Made by a program: the position numbers and the translations under genes. This document shows, in pieces, positions 49,493 through 58,979 of a stretch of DNA of 64,000 nucleotides; the stretch's first letter is position 1, and each line of letters opens with the position of its first letter. Under the pieces are notes generated by a model. That model searched no databases. It had not been told where the DNA came from and worked only from the letters and a program-made list of their open reading frames with translations. This stretch comes from Dehalococcoidales bacterium (GTDB lineage Bacteria; Chloroflexota; Dehalococcoidia; Dehalococcoidales; UBA5627), in contig JAQTUQ010000002.1 of assembly GCA_028707255.1 (NCBI GenBank), positions 8,900 through 72,899 on the forward strand, written 5' to 3'.

Positions 49493-52321
49493 TTATGTAA
49501 ACAATACTTTCTTGAGGTATTCTCCCGTAATCGATTTTTTGCCAGCGACTATATCTTCGGGCGTACCAACAGCTACAATCCACCCGCCCTTATCACCCGC
49601 TCCCGGCCCCAGGTCGATAATCCAATCGGCGTTCTTGATAATATCGAGGTTATGTTCGATAATCACCACCGTATTTCCGGCATCCGCCAGCCTCTGCAAT
49701 ACTTTTAACAAAGCCGCCACATCCTCGAAAGATAAGCCGGTGGTCGGTTCATCAAGGATATACAGTGTTTTCCCTGTGGCTCTTTTAGAAAGTTCCGTCG
49801 CCAGTTTAATTCTTTGCGCTTCACCTCCGGAGAGAGTTGTCGCCGGTTGCCCGAGATGAATATATCCCAAGCCTACATCGTTCAATGTCTTCAATTTATT
49901 TTTTACAGCTGGGAAATGCTCAAAGTAGCTCAGCGACTGCTCAACCGTCATATCCAGCACTTCGGCAATATTCTTGCCTTTAAAGTGTATCTCGAGGACT
50001 TCGCGGTCGTAGCGCTTGCCTTTGCACACCTCGCAGGGAACGGTTACATCGGGTAAAAATTGCATCTCTATCTGTATAAAGCCGTCTCCGCGGCAGGCTT
50101 CGCATCTGCCTCCCTTTACGTTGAAAGAAAATCTGCCGGCTTTATATCCCCGTAGACGCGCTTCCGGCGACGTGGCAAAAAGTTCGCGTACATGAGTAAA
50201 CAATCCTGTATAAGTGGCAGGATTGCTGCGCGGCGTGCGTCCGATGGGAGATTGGTCGATATTGATTACCTTATCGATATTATCTATGCCATCGATACTG
50301 TCCACATCGCCCGGATTCTCCCTGGCTCTATAGAGAATTTGAGCCAGTTTTTTATGTAAAATGTCTGTGATTAACGTGCTCTTCCCGCTGCCGGAAACGC
50401 CGGTAATACAAACCATTTTTCCGAGGGGAATGGTAACATCGATGTTTTTCAGATTGTTCTGTCTTGCCCCTTTAATGATGATATCGATACCGTTGCCAGT
50501 ACGCCTCTTTTCGGGAAGAGGGATAGACTTACGTCCGGAAAGATACTGCCCTGTCGATGAATTTTCCGAGGCAAGAATATCGTCCAGAGTGCCATTGGCA
50601 ACAACATGTCCTCCGTGTTCACCGGCTCCCGGCCCCATATCGATGATATAATCGGCTGCACGCATCATGGCTTCGTCGTGTTCGACGACGATAAGCGTAT
50701 TCCCTAAATCCTTCAACTCTTTAAGAGTGCGAATCAGGCGAAAGTCATCGGCCGGATGCAGACCGATGGTCGGTTCGTCGCAGATATAGAGCACTCCCAT
50801 CAATCCGCTGCCGATTTGAGTAGCCAACCGGATTCTCTGTCCCTCCCCGCCCGAAAGAGTGCCTGCTGTGCGGTTTAGAGAAAGGTAATCCAACCCGACA
50901 TTCTCCAGAAATCCCAACCGCGCGCTGATTTCTTTCAGGATTTCACGGGCTATTTTCTTTTCACGCTGAGTAAAAAAAGTATCCTTTCCTGACAGCATTT
51001 TCACCCAGTCCAAAACCTGAATAACGGACTTCGAGGTGATATCGTCGATATTATAATTGCCGATGGTAACCGCTAAAGCTTCCGGTTTCAGTCTTTTTCC
51101 TTCGCAAACAGGACAGGGTCTGGATACCATATAACGCTCTATATACGAACGTGAAGTTTCGGATTCGGTATCGTGGTACAATCTCTCCATGCGCGGTATA
51201 ACACCCTCGAATCCATCGCTGTATTCACGCTCATTTCCGCGCTGGTCCCTGTATTGATAGCTGAAATCGTTTTCTCCGTATAATATGAGCTTTATCTGCT
51301 CCTGGGTTAAGTCTTTTATAGGCGTCTTCATATCGAAACCGTGCCGCCGCGCCATTTCGCGTACAGAGTATAGATACCAGTTTTGCCATTGGTACGGATG
51401 AATTGCCCCTTCATCAAGTGACAGATCTTTAGCCGGCAATACTAAATCAGGGTCGATTTCCAGCTTAATTCCAAGCCCGGTACAATTCGGGCAGGCGCCG
51501 TGCGGGCTATTAAAGCTGAAGGTTCTGGGAGCGATTTCTCCCAGGCTGATGCCGCAGTTCACGCAGGCAAAGTGCTCGGAAAAGAGCAGTTCCTCGCCAT
51601 CGATGATTGAAATGAGAACGACCCCTCCCCCCAGCTTCAACGCCGTTTCAACCGAATCGGCAATGCGGCTCTGGCTGTCGCTTTGCCCGATTACAAGCCG
51701 ATCGATTACCGCTTCGATGGTATGTTTTTTCTGTTTATCCAGTTGAAAATCTTCCGATAGGTCGTGTATTTCCTTATCGACACGTACACGGGCGTAACCC
51801 GATTTGCGTAAATCGTTAAAAACCTGCTGGTATTCGCCCTTGCGGCTTTTAACCAGCGGCGCCAGTATCATAATACGCGTATCCTGCGGCAACGATTTAA
51901 CCGAATCTACGATTTGTTCGACTGTCTGCACGGTGATTTCACGCCCGCATTCGGGGCAATGGGGATGGCCTGTTCTCGCAAACAACAGCCTCAGATAATC
52001 GTAAATCTCGGTTACCGTACCTACGGTAGAACGCGGATTACGGCTGGTGCCCTTCTGGTCGATGGATATAGCCGGACTCAAACCTTCGATATAATCGACA
52101 TCGGGTTTTTCCATTCTGCCAAGAAACTGGCGGGCATAAGCCGAAAGTGATTCCATGTAGCGCCGCTGCCCTTCGGCATAAATGGTATCGAATGCCAGAG
52201 AACTCTTGCCGGAACCGGAAACGCCGGTAATCACCACCAGCTTGTCACGCGGAATTGTAACGTCTATATTTTTAAGATTGTGTTCGCGGGCACCCTTGAT
52301 GAATATCGAATCTAAAGGCAT
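49493..52321 (-). CDS. uvrA: Excinuclease ABC subunit A
   Basis: 942 aa with two ABC ATPase modules ([12 protein letters not shown]; [11 protein letters not shown]), zinc-finger Cys clusters and LSGGE signatures. Confidence 0.97.
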   Translation of the reverse strand: MPLDSIFIKGAREHNLKNIDVTIPRDKLVVITGVSGSGKSSLAFDTIYAEGQRRYMESLSAYARQFLGRMEKPDVDYIEGLSPAISIDQKGTSRNPRSTVGTVTEIYDYLRLLFARTGHPHCPECGREITVQTVEQIVDSVKSLPQDTRIMILAPLVKSRKGEYQQVFNDLRKSGYARVRVDKEIHDLSEDFQLDKQKKHTIEAVIDRLVIGQSDSQSRIADSVETALKLGGGVVLISIIDGEELLFSEHFACVNCGISLGEIAPRTFSFNSPHGACPNCTGLGIKLEIDPDLVLPAKDLSLDEGAIHPYQWQNWYLYSVREMARRHGFDMKTPIKDLTQEQIKLILYGENDFSYQYRDQRGNEREYSDGFEGVIPRMERLYHDTESETSRSYIERYMVSRPCPVCEGKRLKPEALAVTIGNYNIDDITSKSVIQVLDWVKMLSGKDTFFTQREKKIAREILKEISARLGFLENVGLDYLSLNRTAGTLSGGEGQRIRLATQIGSGLMGVLYICDEPTIGLHPADDFRLIRTLKELKDLGNTLIVVEHDEAMMRAADYIIDMGPGAGEHGGHVVANGTLDDILASENSSTGQYLSGRKSIPLPEKRRTGNGIDIIIKGARQNNLKNIDVTIPLGKMVCITGVSGSGKSTLITDILHKKLAQILYRARENPGDVDSIDGIDNIDKVINIDQSPIGRTPRSNPATYTGLFTHVRELFATSPEARLRGYKAGRFSFNVKGGRCEACRGDGFIQIEMQFLPDVTVPCEVCKGKRYDREVLEIHFKGKNIAEVLDMTVEQSLSYFEHFPAVKNKLKTLNDVGLGYIHLGQPATTLSGGEAQRIKLATELSKRATGKTLYILDEPTTGLSFEDVAALLKVLQRLADAGNTVVIIEHNLDIIKNADWIIDLGPGAGDKGGWIVAVGTPEDIVAGKKSITGEYLKKVLFT

Positions 52322-52406
52322 TTTTTCTCCTGTTCATAACATTGTAACACCAGCTTAAAATGCTAACAAGCCGACAATCTGTATACATATATGATAATAT
52401 CCCAAC

Positions 52407-52505
52407 TGTCTTTGCGAGGACGACGCAGGAGGACGAAGCAATCTTTCTCGAATAGTCTGAAGGTCAACGGGAGAGATTGCCGCGTCGCTTCGCTCCTCGC
52501 AATGG
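52407..52505. repeat. Imperfect inverted repeat of the TCTTTGCGAGG...GAAGCAATCT family
   Basis: TGTCTTTGCGAGGACGACGCAGGAGGACGAAGCAATCT (52407-52444) faces GAGATTGCCGCGTCGCTTCGCTCCTCGCAATGG (52472-52504). A related TCTTTGCGAG...GCGAAACAATCT lies at 58228-58258. Confidence 0.7.
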
Positions 52506-52662
52506 TAGTTATAATCCACCACTTGCCACAACTCTCAGGGATTGGTAATATCTATACAGGATAAATCATTAAAACATCTCAAACAATGCCACGATAACTT
52601 CCATCGCCGGAAAGTTGAAAATATCAGAGATAACGCTAAAACGGACAAAGGAGTGTCTTAAC

Positions 52663-53586
52663 ATGAACAAGTTATACGACGTTATCATCATCGGCGGGGG
52701 TCCTGCCGGACTGACCGCAGGTCTCTATACTTCGAGAAACAAGCTATCGACTTTACTAATTGAAAAAGGGATTATCGGTGGAAATATAAACGAAGCTGAA
52801 AAAGTCGATAACTACCCCGGTTTTCCGAAGGGTATCTCAGGTCTGGAATTAACATCGCTGATGCATGAGCAGGCATTATTATACGGCACAGAGGTTATCA
52901 ACGATGACGTTACCAATATTAAAATAGCAGATAAGGTAAAAACCGTAACGACATCTCAAGGCGAATTTTCGACAAAAGCACTGATTATTGCCGGCGGCTC
53001 TGAAAGGCAGAAACTGAACGTACCCGGAGAAAAGGGATTTACGGGCAGAGGCGTTTCCTACTGTGCCACCTGCGACGCCCCTTTCTGCAGGGATAAAACA
53101 GTAGCCATTGTGGGCGGAGGCAATGCTGCCTTATATGAAGCGCTACACATAGCAAAATTCGCTTCGAAAGTGTATATAATCCACAGGAGAGACCAGTTGA
53201 GAGCTACCCCAGTGGTTCAGGACAAGGTTTTCGCCGAGCCGAAAATTGAATTTATCTGGAATACGGTAGTCACTGAAGTACAGGGCGAAACATTCGTTCA
53301 TAAATTGAAACTTGCCGATGTAAGTACCGGAAAAGAATCCTTCCTCGAAATCGATGGCGTTTTTGTAGCTATTGGATTGGTGCCGAATACATCCTATCTG
53401 AAAGACATCGTCGATATGGATGAAAAGGGTTCCGTTATTGTTAACGGCAAAATGGAAACCACTGTTCCTGGTATTTACGCCGCCGGAGATATCCGTGCCA
53501 ACTCCATCCGTCAGGTGATTGCGGCTGCCGGAGACGGCGCTGTAGCTGCCGTAACGGCCGCTAATTATATTGAAAATCAGGTTTAA
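52663..53586 (+). CDS. trxB: Thioredoxin-disulfide reductase
   Basis: The ATG at 52663 is preceded by AAAGGAG. FAD motif IIIGGGPAG, redox-active CATCD, NADPH motif VGGGNAA. Confidence 0.9.
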   Translation: MNKLYDVIIIGGGPAGLTAGLYTSRNKLSTLLIEKGIIGGNINEAEKVDNYPGFPKGISGLELTSLMHEQALLYGTEVINDDVTNIKIADKVKTVTTSQGEFSTKALIIAGGSERQKLNVPGEKGFTGRGVSYCATCDAPFCRDKTVAIVGGGNAALYEALHIAKFASKVYIIHRRDQLRATPVVQDKVFAEPKIEFIWNTVVTEVQGETFVHKLKLADVSTGKESFLEIDGVFVAIGLVPNTSYLKDIVDMDEKGSVIVNGKMETTVPGIYAAGDIRANSIRQVIAAAGDGAVAAVTAANYIENQV

Positions 53587-53644
53587 ACCGACCACGTAAT
53601 GCAGTATAATGTCTATGAGTATTATTGTTAAAGGATGAAGCAGT

Positions 53645-54100
53645 ATGAATGTGGTTTTTTTACAGAACGTCTCCAATGTCGCTAAAGCAGGAGAAATAAA
53701 AAACGTCCCGGACGGATATGCCAGGAATTATCTTATCCCCAATAAACTGGCCACCCCGGCAACGGCAAACGTAAAATCCCAGCTCGAAGCACAGTCTAAA
53801 GCACATGAGAAGAAACAGGCGCAAATGGAAGCCCAGCACCGCCACACGGCGGAACAGCTTGGGAAGATGAACCTTGTTATCAAGGCTAAAACCGGCGCCA
53901 AAAACCGCCTCTTCGGTTCCATTACCGGCGCCGATATCGCTAAAGAACTGGAAGCGACCGCCGGTCTGGCTATAGACAAGCGCAAAATCGAATTGTCTGA
54001 GCCTATCCGTGAACTGGGTCTTTTCGAGGTTACTGTCAAGCTATATAAAGATATCAATGCCAAACTGAAGGTCACTGTTAAAAACGTGGAGGAAAACTGA
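53645..54100 (+). CDS. rplI: 50S ribosomal protein L9
   Basis: Begins MNVVFLQNVSNVAKAGEIKNVPDGYARNYLIP. Lies immediately upstream of dnaB, as in many bacteria. Confidence 0.93.
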   Translation: MNVVFLQNVSNVAKAGEIKNVPDGYARNYLIPNKLATPATANVKSQLEAQSKAHEKKQAQMEAQHRHTAEQLGKMNLVIKAKTGAKNRLFGSITGADIAKELEATAGLAIDKRKIELSEPIRELGLFEVTVKLYKDINAKLKVTVKNVEEN

Positions 54101-54101
54101 A

Positions 54102-55472
54102 TTGCCGGGTGAACGATTACCGCCACACGATATAGATGCCGAAGAAGCCGTTAACGGTTCGCTTTTAATAGACGGACGTGCTATTCACGAAACGACAGTT
54201 TTTTTACAGGCTAAGGATTTTTATTCCGAACAGAACAGGTGGATTTATCAGGCATGCCAGGCGTTGTATCAGCGCGATGAGGCCATTAACCAGATAACCG
54301 TTGCGCAGGAACTGGAACGCGAAGGCAAGCTGGAAAAATGCGGCGGGGCGGCTTATCTGAGCCATCTTATATCGATAGTGCCCACTTCGCTTGATATCGA
54401 ATACTATGCCCGTATAGTGTACCGGCTTTCGATAATGCGCCAGCTGATATATGCTGCCGATAAGATATCCGAAATAGGGTACGAAGCCGACCCCGATGTC
54501 AGCGGCGCTTTAAACAAAGCGGAAGATATGCTTTTCCACCTGCGCCACGAGCGATCGCTCGACTTTGTGCATATCAAGAACGTTCTCGACGGATACTTCG
54601 AAGCGCCTCCTCCACCCGGAACTGCCGGTTTTCAGGCTATTCCACAGGTGTTTACCGGATTGCACGGAATTGATGATTTGCTGGGCGGATTCAAGCGTTC
54701 CGAATTAATTGTAGTTGCCGCCCGCCCCAGCATCGGTAAAACCAGTCTGGCGCTTAACATCGCGCGCAACGCTGCAGTCGACCAGGGGGCATGCGTGGCA
54801 ATTTTCAGCCTTGAGATGTTCCGCGAGTCACTGGTACAGAGATTACTGTCGAGTGAAACAGGCATCAATTCCAAGCGCCTGCGGCTTGGTTTAAATACCG
54901 AAGACGAAGAAAGAAAAGTAATGGAGGCTATCGGTGTATTGTCCGAGGCTTCCATATTTATTGACGATTCTCCGCAATTGCGCGTCATGGAAATGAGAAG
55001 CAAGGCGCGCCGTTTGAACTTCGAGCGCAGTATCGATTTAATTATCGTGGATTATCTGCAGCTTTTACAGGGAGATACCCGCAACGATAACCGAGTACAG
55101 GAAATCGGTTATATATCACGCTCGCTGAAAGCGCTGGCGCGCGAACTGAACGTGCCCGTCATCGCAGTTTCACAGTTAAGCCGAGCCATAGAAAAACGCG
55201 AGAAGCACGAACCGTTGTTATCCGACTTGAGAGACAGCGGCAGCATCGAGCAGGATGCAGACATGGTAATATTCATTAACCGCGAAGAGATTTATTACCG
55301 TACCGAGGAAGACTGGCGAGCCGACCACCCCGATGAAGAGTATCCGCGCGGATTGGCGGATATCATTGTTGCCAAGAACAGGAACGGTTCCATCGGCAGC
55401 GTAAAGGTGCGTTTTATTGACAGGCTGACCAAATTCGATAATTTAACTATGGCCGGTCAGGAGTTGTTATGA
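54102..55472 (+). CDS. dnaB: Replicative DNA helicase DnaB
   Basis: 456 aa. TTG start preceded by GTGGAGGA. Begins PPHDIDAEEAVNGSLL. Walker A is ARPSIGKTSLAL, Walker B is LIIVDYLQL, followed by SQLSR. No intein. Confidence 0.95.
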   Translation: MPGERLPPHDIDAEEAVNGSLLIDGRAIHETTVFLQAKDFYSEQNRWIYQACQALYQRDEAINQITVAQELEREGKLEKCGGAAYLSHLISIVPTSLDIEYYARIVYRLSIMRQLIYAADKISEIGYEADPDVSGALNKAEDMLFHLRHERSLDFVHIKNVLDGYFEAPPPPGTAGFQAIPQVFTGLHGIDDLLGGFKRSELIVVAARPSIGKTSLALNIARNAAVDQGACVAIFSLEMFRESLVQRLLSSETGINSKRLRLGLNTEDEERKVMEAIGVLSEASIFIDDSPQLRVMEMRSKARRLNFERSIDLIIVDYLQLLQGDTRNDNRVQEIGYISRSLKALARELNVPVIAVSQLSRAIEKREKHEPLLSDLRDSGSIEQDADMVIFINREEIYYRTEEDWRADHPDEEYPRGLADIIVAKNRNGSIGSVKVRFIDRLTKFDNLTMAGQELL

Positions 55473-56167
55473 AAACCTTTGAGGGCTTCCCCGCCAGGAT
55501 GAGCTTTACCCCAATTCCAAATACATTTATTAATAATCTTCTGCCGCAAATAGAAGATATCGGAGAACTGAAGGTCACTTTATATATAATAGAAGCTCTC
55601 TATAACAAGAAGGGGTATCCCAGATTCGTCAGTTTTGGTGAACTGGCCGGAAATGCCAGCCTTATCAGCAACTTTAAGAAGACAGAGTCTCCTCTGGATG
55701 AACTGAAAAACACTCTTAAGCTGGCGATGGAACACAAAACCATTCTCGGTTTATCAACTGAAAACGGAGATATCTATTTCCTGAATTCCGAAAGCGACCG
55801 ACAGGCAATAGAAAAAATAAGGAGCGGCGAGTTAAAACCGTCAGGAGTAAAGGCAGAAACAGCAGGGCCGGTAAATATGGAAGAATCATTTAACATCTTT
55901 GCTCTTTACGAAGAAAATATCGGTATGCTCACTCCGATGATTGCCGAAGAACTGAAAGATGCCATAAACCTGTACCCGGACATATGGATTGCAGATGCCA
56001 TAAAAGAAGCGGTTAAACAGAACGCCCGCAAGTTGAGCTATATTACAGCGATTTTGGAGAGCTGGGCTAAAGAAGGTAGGAGCGATGGAGCATATAGGCG
56101 ACATTTTGAAGAAGACGACCCTAAAAGGTACACGAGCGGGAAATACGGAAGATTCGTCCAACATTAA
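55469..56167 (+). CDS. DnaD-domain replication initiation/helicase-loading accessory protein
   Basis: 232 aa. The C-terminal DnaD-like domain has the YxxxIxxxW motif (YITAILESW). ATGA overlap with dnaB. Confidence 0.7.
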   Translation: MKTFEGFPARMSFTPIPNTFINNLLPQIEDIGELKVTLYIIEALYNKKGYPRFVSFGELAGNASLISNFKKTESPLDELKNTLKLAMEHKTILGLSTENGDIYFLNSESDRQAIEKIRSGELKPSGVKAETAGPVNMEESFNIFALYEENIGMLTPMIAEELKDAINLYPDIWIADAIKEAVKQNARKLSYITAILESWAKEGRSDGAYRRHFEEDDPKRYTSGKYGRFVQH

Positions 56168-57497
56168 CAAAGAGCCTTTCCTATTATCCGATTGTCCCGC
56201 CTGCCGTGGCGCCGGGTTCGTTTATCCGCTTTTGCCTTCAGGTAAGCCGGATTACAGCAGGGTTGTGCCTTGTAAATGCTTGTGTAAAAGCACCAATAAA
56301 AGCAGACAAATCGTACTGGAAAAATACAGCAATATAGGCTCGTTAAAAAGGCTGTCCTTCGACAACCTGATTCCGCAGGGCAGAAGCGGGTCTGCTGCCA
56401 GCCAGCAGAAATTCGAAGCGATATATAACGCTGCAAAAGAGTTTGCTGCTAACCCTCATGGATGGCTGGTGTTTATCGGTCCAAGCGGGTGCGGAAAAAC
56501 CCATATAGCGGCCGCCATTGCCAACGAACGGATTAATAAGGGGTTTCCGGTCTTTTTTATAACCGCTGCCGACCTTCTTGACCACCTGCGTTCGGCATTC
56601 AACCCTGAAAGCGAAGTTACCTATGATAGGCTCTTCGAACAGGTTCGCAATGCCCCATTGCTGATTCTGGATGATTTGGGGGCGCATTCAGATAAACCCT
56701 GGGCCAGGGAAAAGCTCGACCAGTTACTGAATCACCGCTTCAATAATGAACTGCCTACGGTGATTACCACCACTCCGCCGATAGAACAACTCGGAGACAG
56801 GTTAATAAATCGCATAACTGATCCGCGCCTCTGTCAGGTATTCAAGATGGAGGAAGAACAAAACACCGTAACCGATATCAGTTGGGCTACAGGATTGGAA
56901 CTCCAGAAGAATATGACGTTTAGTAATTTCGACTGGAAAAGAGTAAACCTGGCTAGAGAGCAGAGAGAGAATTTAGAAAAAGGCTACAGGGTAGCTTTTG
57001 ACTTCGCTAAGTCCCTTGATGGCTGGCTGATTCTTCATGGAGTTACCGGCTGCGGCAAAACCCATCTTGCATCGGCTATAGTCAACTACCAATATCAGGC
57101 TAATAAACCAGCACTCTTTATATTCGTGCCCGAATTTTTAGACCACCTGCGTTCCGCTTTTAACCCGGATAGCAAGATATCCTACGACCAGCTATTCGAA
57201 AAGGTAAAGAATACCCCGTTACTGGTTTTGGATGATTTCGGAGAGCAGGCGACTACACCTTGGGCGCGAGAAAAATTGTATCAGGTCATTAACTCCCGTT
57301 ATAATGCCAGGCTGGCAACAATAGTTACCACTCGCTGTTCCGTGGACGATTTAGACAGCCCCATCCGTTCACGCTTTATTGATTCACGTTTAAGTGTATC
57401 TTTTGCCATCGAGGCGCCCGATTACAGGGGAGACAGCTCTCCGTCTCAAGCAAATAGACAGACGAGGACATATACCAGATCTAAAAAGAATATTTAA
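56085..57497 (+). CDS. DnaC/DnaI/IstB-like helicase loader with two tandem AAA+ modules and an N-terminal CxxCxGxG zinc finger
   Basis: 470 aa. The zinc finger is CPACRGAGF...PCKC. Module 1 has Walker A GPSGCGKT (residues 132-139) and Walker B LLILDDLG. Module 2 has Walker A GVTGCGKT (319-326) and Walker B LLVLDDFG. The modules share LDHLRSAFNP(E/D)S and PWAREKL. The gene overlaps the DnaD-like gene by 83 nt, and the ATG is preceded by AAGGTAGGAG. Confidence 0.8.
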   Translation: MEHIGDILKKTTLKGTRAGNTEDSSNINKEPFLLSDCPACRGAGFVYPLLPSGKPDYSRVVPCKCLCKSTNKSRQIVLEKYSNIGSLKRLSFDNLIPQGRSGSAASQQKFEAIYNAAKEFAANPHGWLVFIGPSGCGKTHIAAAIANERINKGFPVFFITAADLLDHLRSAFNPESEVTYDRLFEQVRNAPLLILDDLGAHSDKPWAREKLDQLLNHRFNNELPTVITTTPPIEQLGDRLINRITDPRLCQVFKMEEEQNTVTDISWATGLELQKNMTFSNFDWKRVNLAREQRENLEKGYRVAFDFAKSLDGWLILHGVTGCGKTHLASAIVNYQYQANKPALFIFVPEFLDHLRSAFNPDSKISYDQLFEKVKNTPLLVLDDFGEQATTPWAREKLYQVINSRYNARLATIVTTRCSVDDLDSPIRSRFIDSRLSVSFAIEAPDYRGDSSPSQANRQTRTYTRSKKNI

Positions 57498-57534
57498 CAC
57501 AGATGCAGGGGTTGGTAAATACATAATAAATAAA

Positions 57535-57569
57535 GCCGCTCGTGGTGAACTTGTCGAATCCATAGCGGC
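57535..57569 (+). repeat. REP-like hairpin unit (left copy flanking the HNH gene)
   Basis: GCCGCTCGTGGTGAACTTGTCGAATCCATAGCGGC, with stem GCCGCT/AGCGGC. Confidence 0.85.
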
Positions 57570-57680
57570 GTCGATTTCTTAACCACAACAACCATTATTA
57601 CATAAAACAATCCCCGATTTGCTCTTATACGGTTCTTTCCGTTACAATAAGGTAGCTTTAAGTATTGAGAGCCTCAAGCT

Positions 57681-58202
57681 ATGCAAAATAGTCCGGTATT
57701 GGTACTCAATCAGAGTTATGAGCCTTTAAGCGTCTGCCATGCCCGAAGAGCCATCGTCTTGATGATTCAGGGTAAGGCGGAGATGCTGGAAAACGGCATG
57801 GGGTTTATCCACTCTGCAAACGATACCTTCCCCATCCCCTCGGTTATCAAACTGGATTTCTTCGTAAAGAGGTCGCGCTGCGCAGAGCGGAAACTTACAC
57901 GTTTCGGCGTTTTTCACCGCGACAACTATACCTGTCAGTATTGCGGCAAGGCGGAAAAGCAGATGACCATCGACCATATCATTCCGCGTTCTCTCGGAGG
58001 GGAGCATACATGGGAGAATACCACTACCGCCTGTATTCCCTGCAATCTGCATAAGGCGGGAAGGACTCCCGAGCAGGCTCATATGAAGCTTATGACCATG
58101 CCGCTGATACCGCGAAACAACCTACCTTTCTATTTACCGCATCGTTATGAAAACAGGATTAAAGAGTGGAACAAGTACCTGGCGCCGTATGAGAACAGGT
58201 AA
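57681..58202 (+). CDS. HNH endonuclease
   Basis: 173 aa with CQYCG...TIDHIIPRSLGGEHTWENTTTACIPCNLHK (HNH with two CxxC pairs). Confidence 0.88.
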   Translation: MQNSPVLVLNQSYEPLSVCHARRAIVLMIQGKAEMLENGMGFIHSANDTFPIPSVIKLDFFVKRSRCAERKLTRFGVFHRDNYTCQYCGKAEKQMTIDHIIPRSLGGEHTWENTTTACIPCNLHKAGRTPEQAHMKLMTMPLIPRNNLPFYLPHRYENRIKEWNKYLAPYENR

Positions 58203-58225
58203 ATAGCTCCGCCTTTCGGTCTTTG

Positions 58226-58497
58226 CGAGTTTTCCATAAGGAAAAGCGAAACAATCTTAGCAATTTATTATTCGATGTCGCTATGGATTCGACAAGCTCA
58301 CCACGAGCGGCTTTTTATTGTCATGCTGAGTTCCGACACACAGTAATCAAGTATCGGTAAGAGTCATTTCCCTCTTTGGAAAAGAGGGAGTGAGGGAGAT
58401 TTGCTCCGAATATGTACAGGATTGATTTTTTTATAATCAAGTATTAATATTCAAAATCCCTCTTAATCTCCCTTTGCTAAAGGAAGCGAATCGCTGA
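58226..58497. repeat. Cluster of dispersed intergenic repeat units, including the right inverted copy of the REP-like hairpin
   Basis: At 58277-58311, GTCGCTATGGATTCGACAAGCTCACCACGAGCGGC is the reverse complement of 57535-57567, with 1 mismatch over 33 nt. The cluster also has TCTTTGCGAG, GTCATGCTGAG, the hairpin CCCTCTTT-GGA-AAAGAGGG (58370-58388), and AAATCCCTCTTAATCTCCCTTTGCTAAAGGAAGCGAATCGC. Confidence 0.85.
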
Positions 58498-58562
58498 TTG
58501 CCTTGTGGATACTACTTGTCTGCTTCAGCGGAGAATATACAATCAATCAGCTCTAACATTGT

Positions 58563-58736
58563 CTACCACTCGGCGCTTTTATCGCGTCTGGCTTTGCGGT
58601 CTTTCAGCTTGCTTTCGTATAAACCACCCCAGCTTAATACACCCAGAGCGGTCATAACCGCCTCTTTTTCTTTTTCATCCAAAGGATGCTTTTTAAGCAG
58701 GTTTTTTAATACTTCTATTGCTTCCTTGTATTCCAT
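58563..58736 (-). CDS. Possible small protein (57 aa), below the ORF-track size cut-off
   Basis: Minus-strand ATG at 58736 to TAG at 58563 gives MEYKEAIEVLKNLLKKHPLDEKEKEAVMTALGVLSWGGLYESKLKDRKARRDKSAEW. The composition is helical and protein-like, but there is no clear SD and I recognised no homology. Confidence 0.3.
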   Translation of the reverse strand: MEYKEAIEVLKNLLKKHPLDEKEKEAVMTALGVLSWGGLYESKLKDRKARRDKSAEW

Positions 58737-58888
58737 AGCATTAAGTTTAACACAAGAACTGCATTGCGATAAAGATATGATTTCACACCAAACGTTAATA
58801 AACAGCCGTCATCAAAGAGTTAAACTCCCCTTGTTAAAGCGAAAAAAGAAAACTCAAATAGTGAACGAAGAATACAAGTTAGAATTGT

Positions 58889-58970
58889 CGCCCTGAGAGT
58901 AGCGAAGGGTTTAAGACCATCCAATAAGCCTTAGATTCTTCCCCCGATAAATCGGGCTCAGAATGACATT
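58889..58970. repeat. Dispersed intergenic repeat units
   Basis: Contains CGCCCTGAGAGTAGCGAAGGG, CCGATAAATCGGG (58944-58956, identical to 49237-49249), and GCTCAGAATGACA (compare CTCAGGATGACA at 49428). Confidence 0.7.
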
Positions 58971-58979
58971 TTCAGTTGT

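Noticed and set aside
58498-58896. 132-aa plus-strand ORF in the HNH-ricT spacer.
   Set aside because: The composition is Ser/Leu-rich. It starts inside a repeat unit and runs antisense to a more protein-like 57-aa ORF. No motif was recognised.
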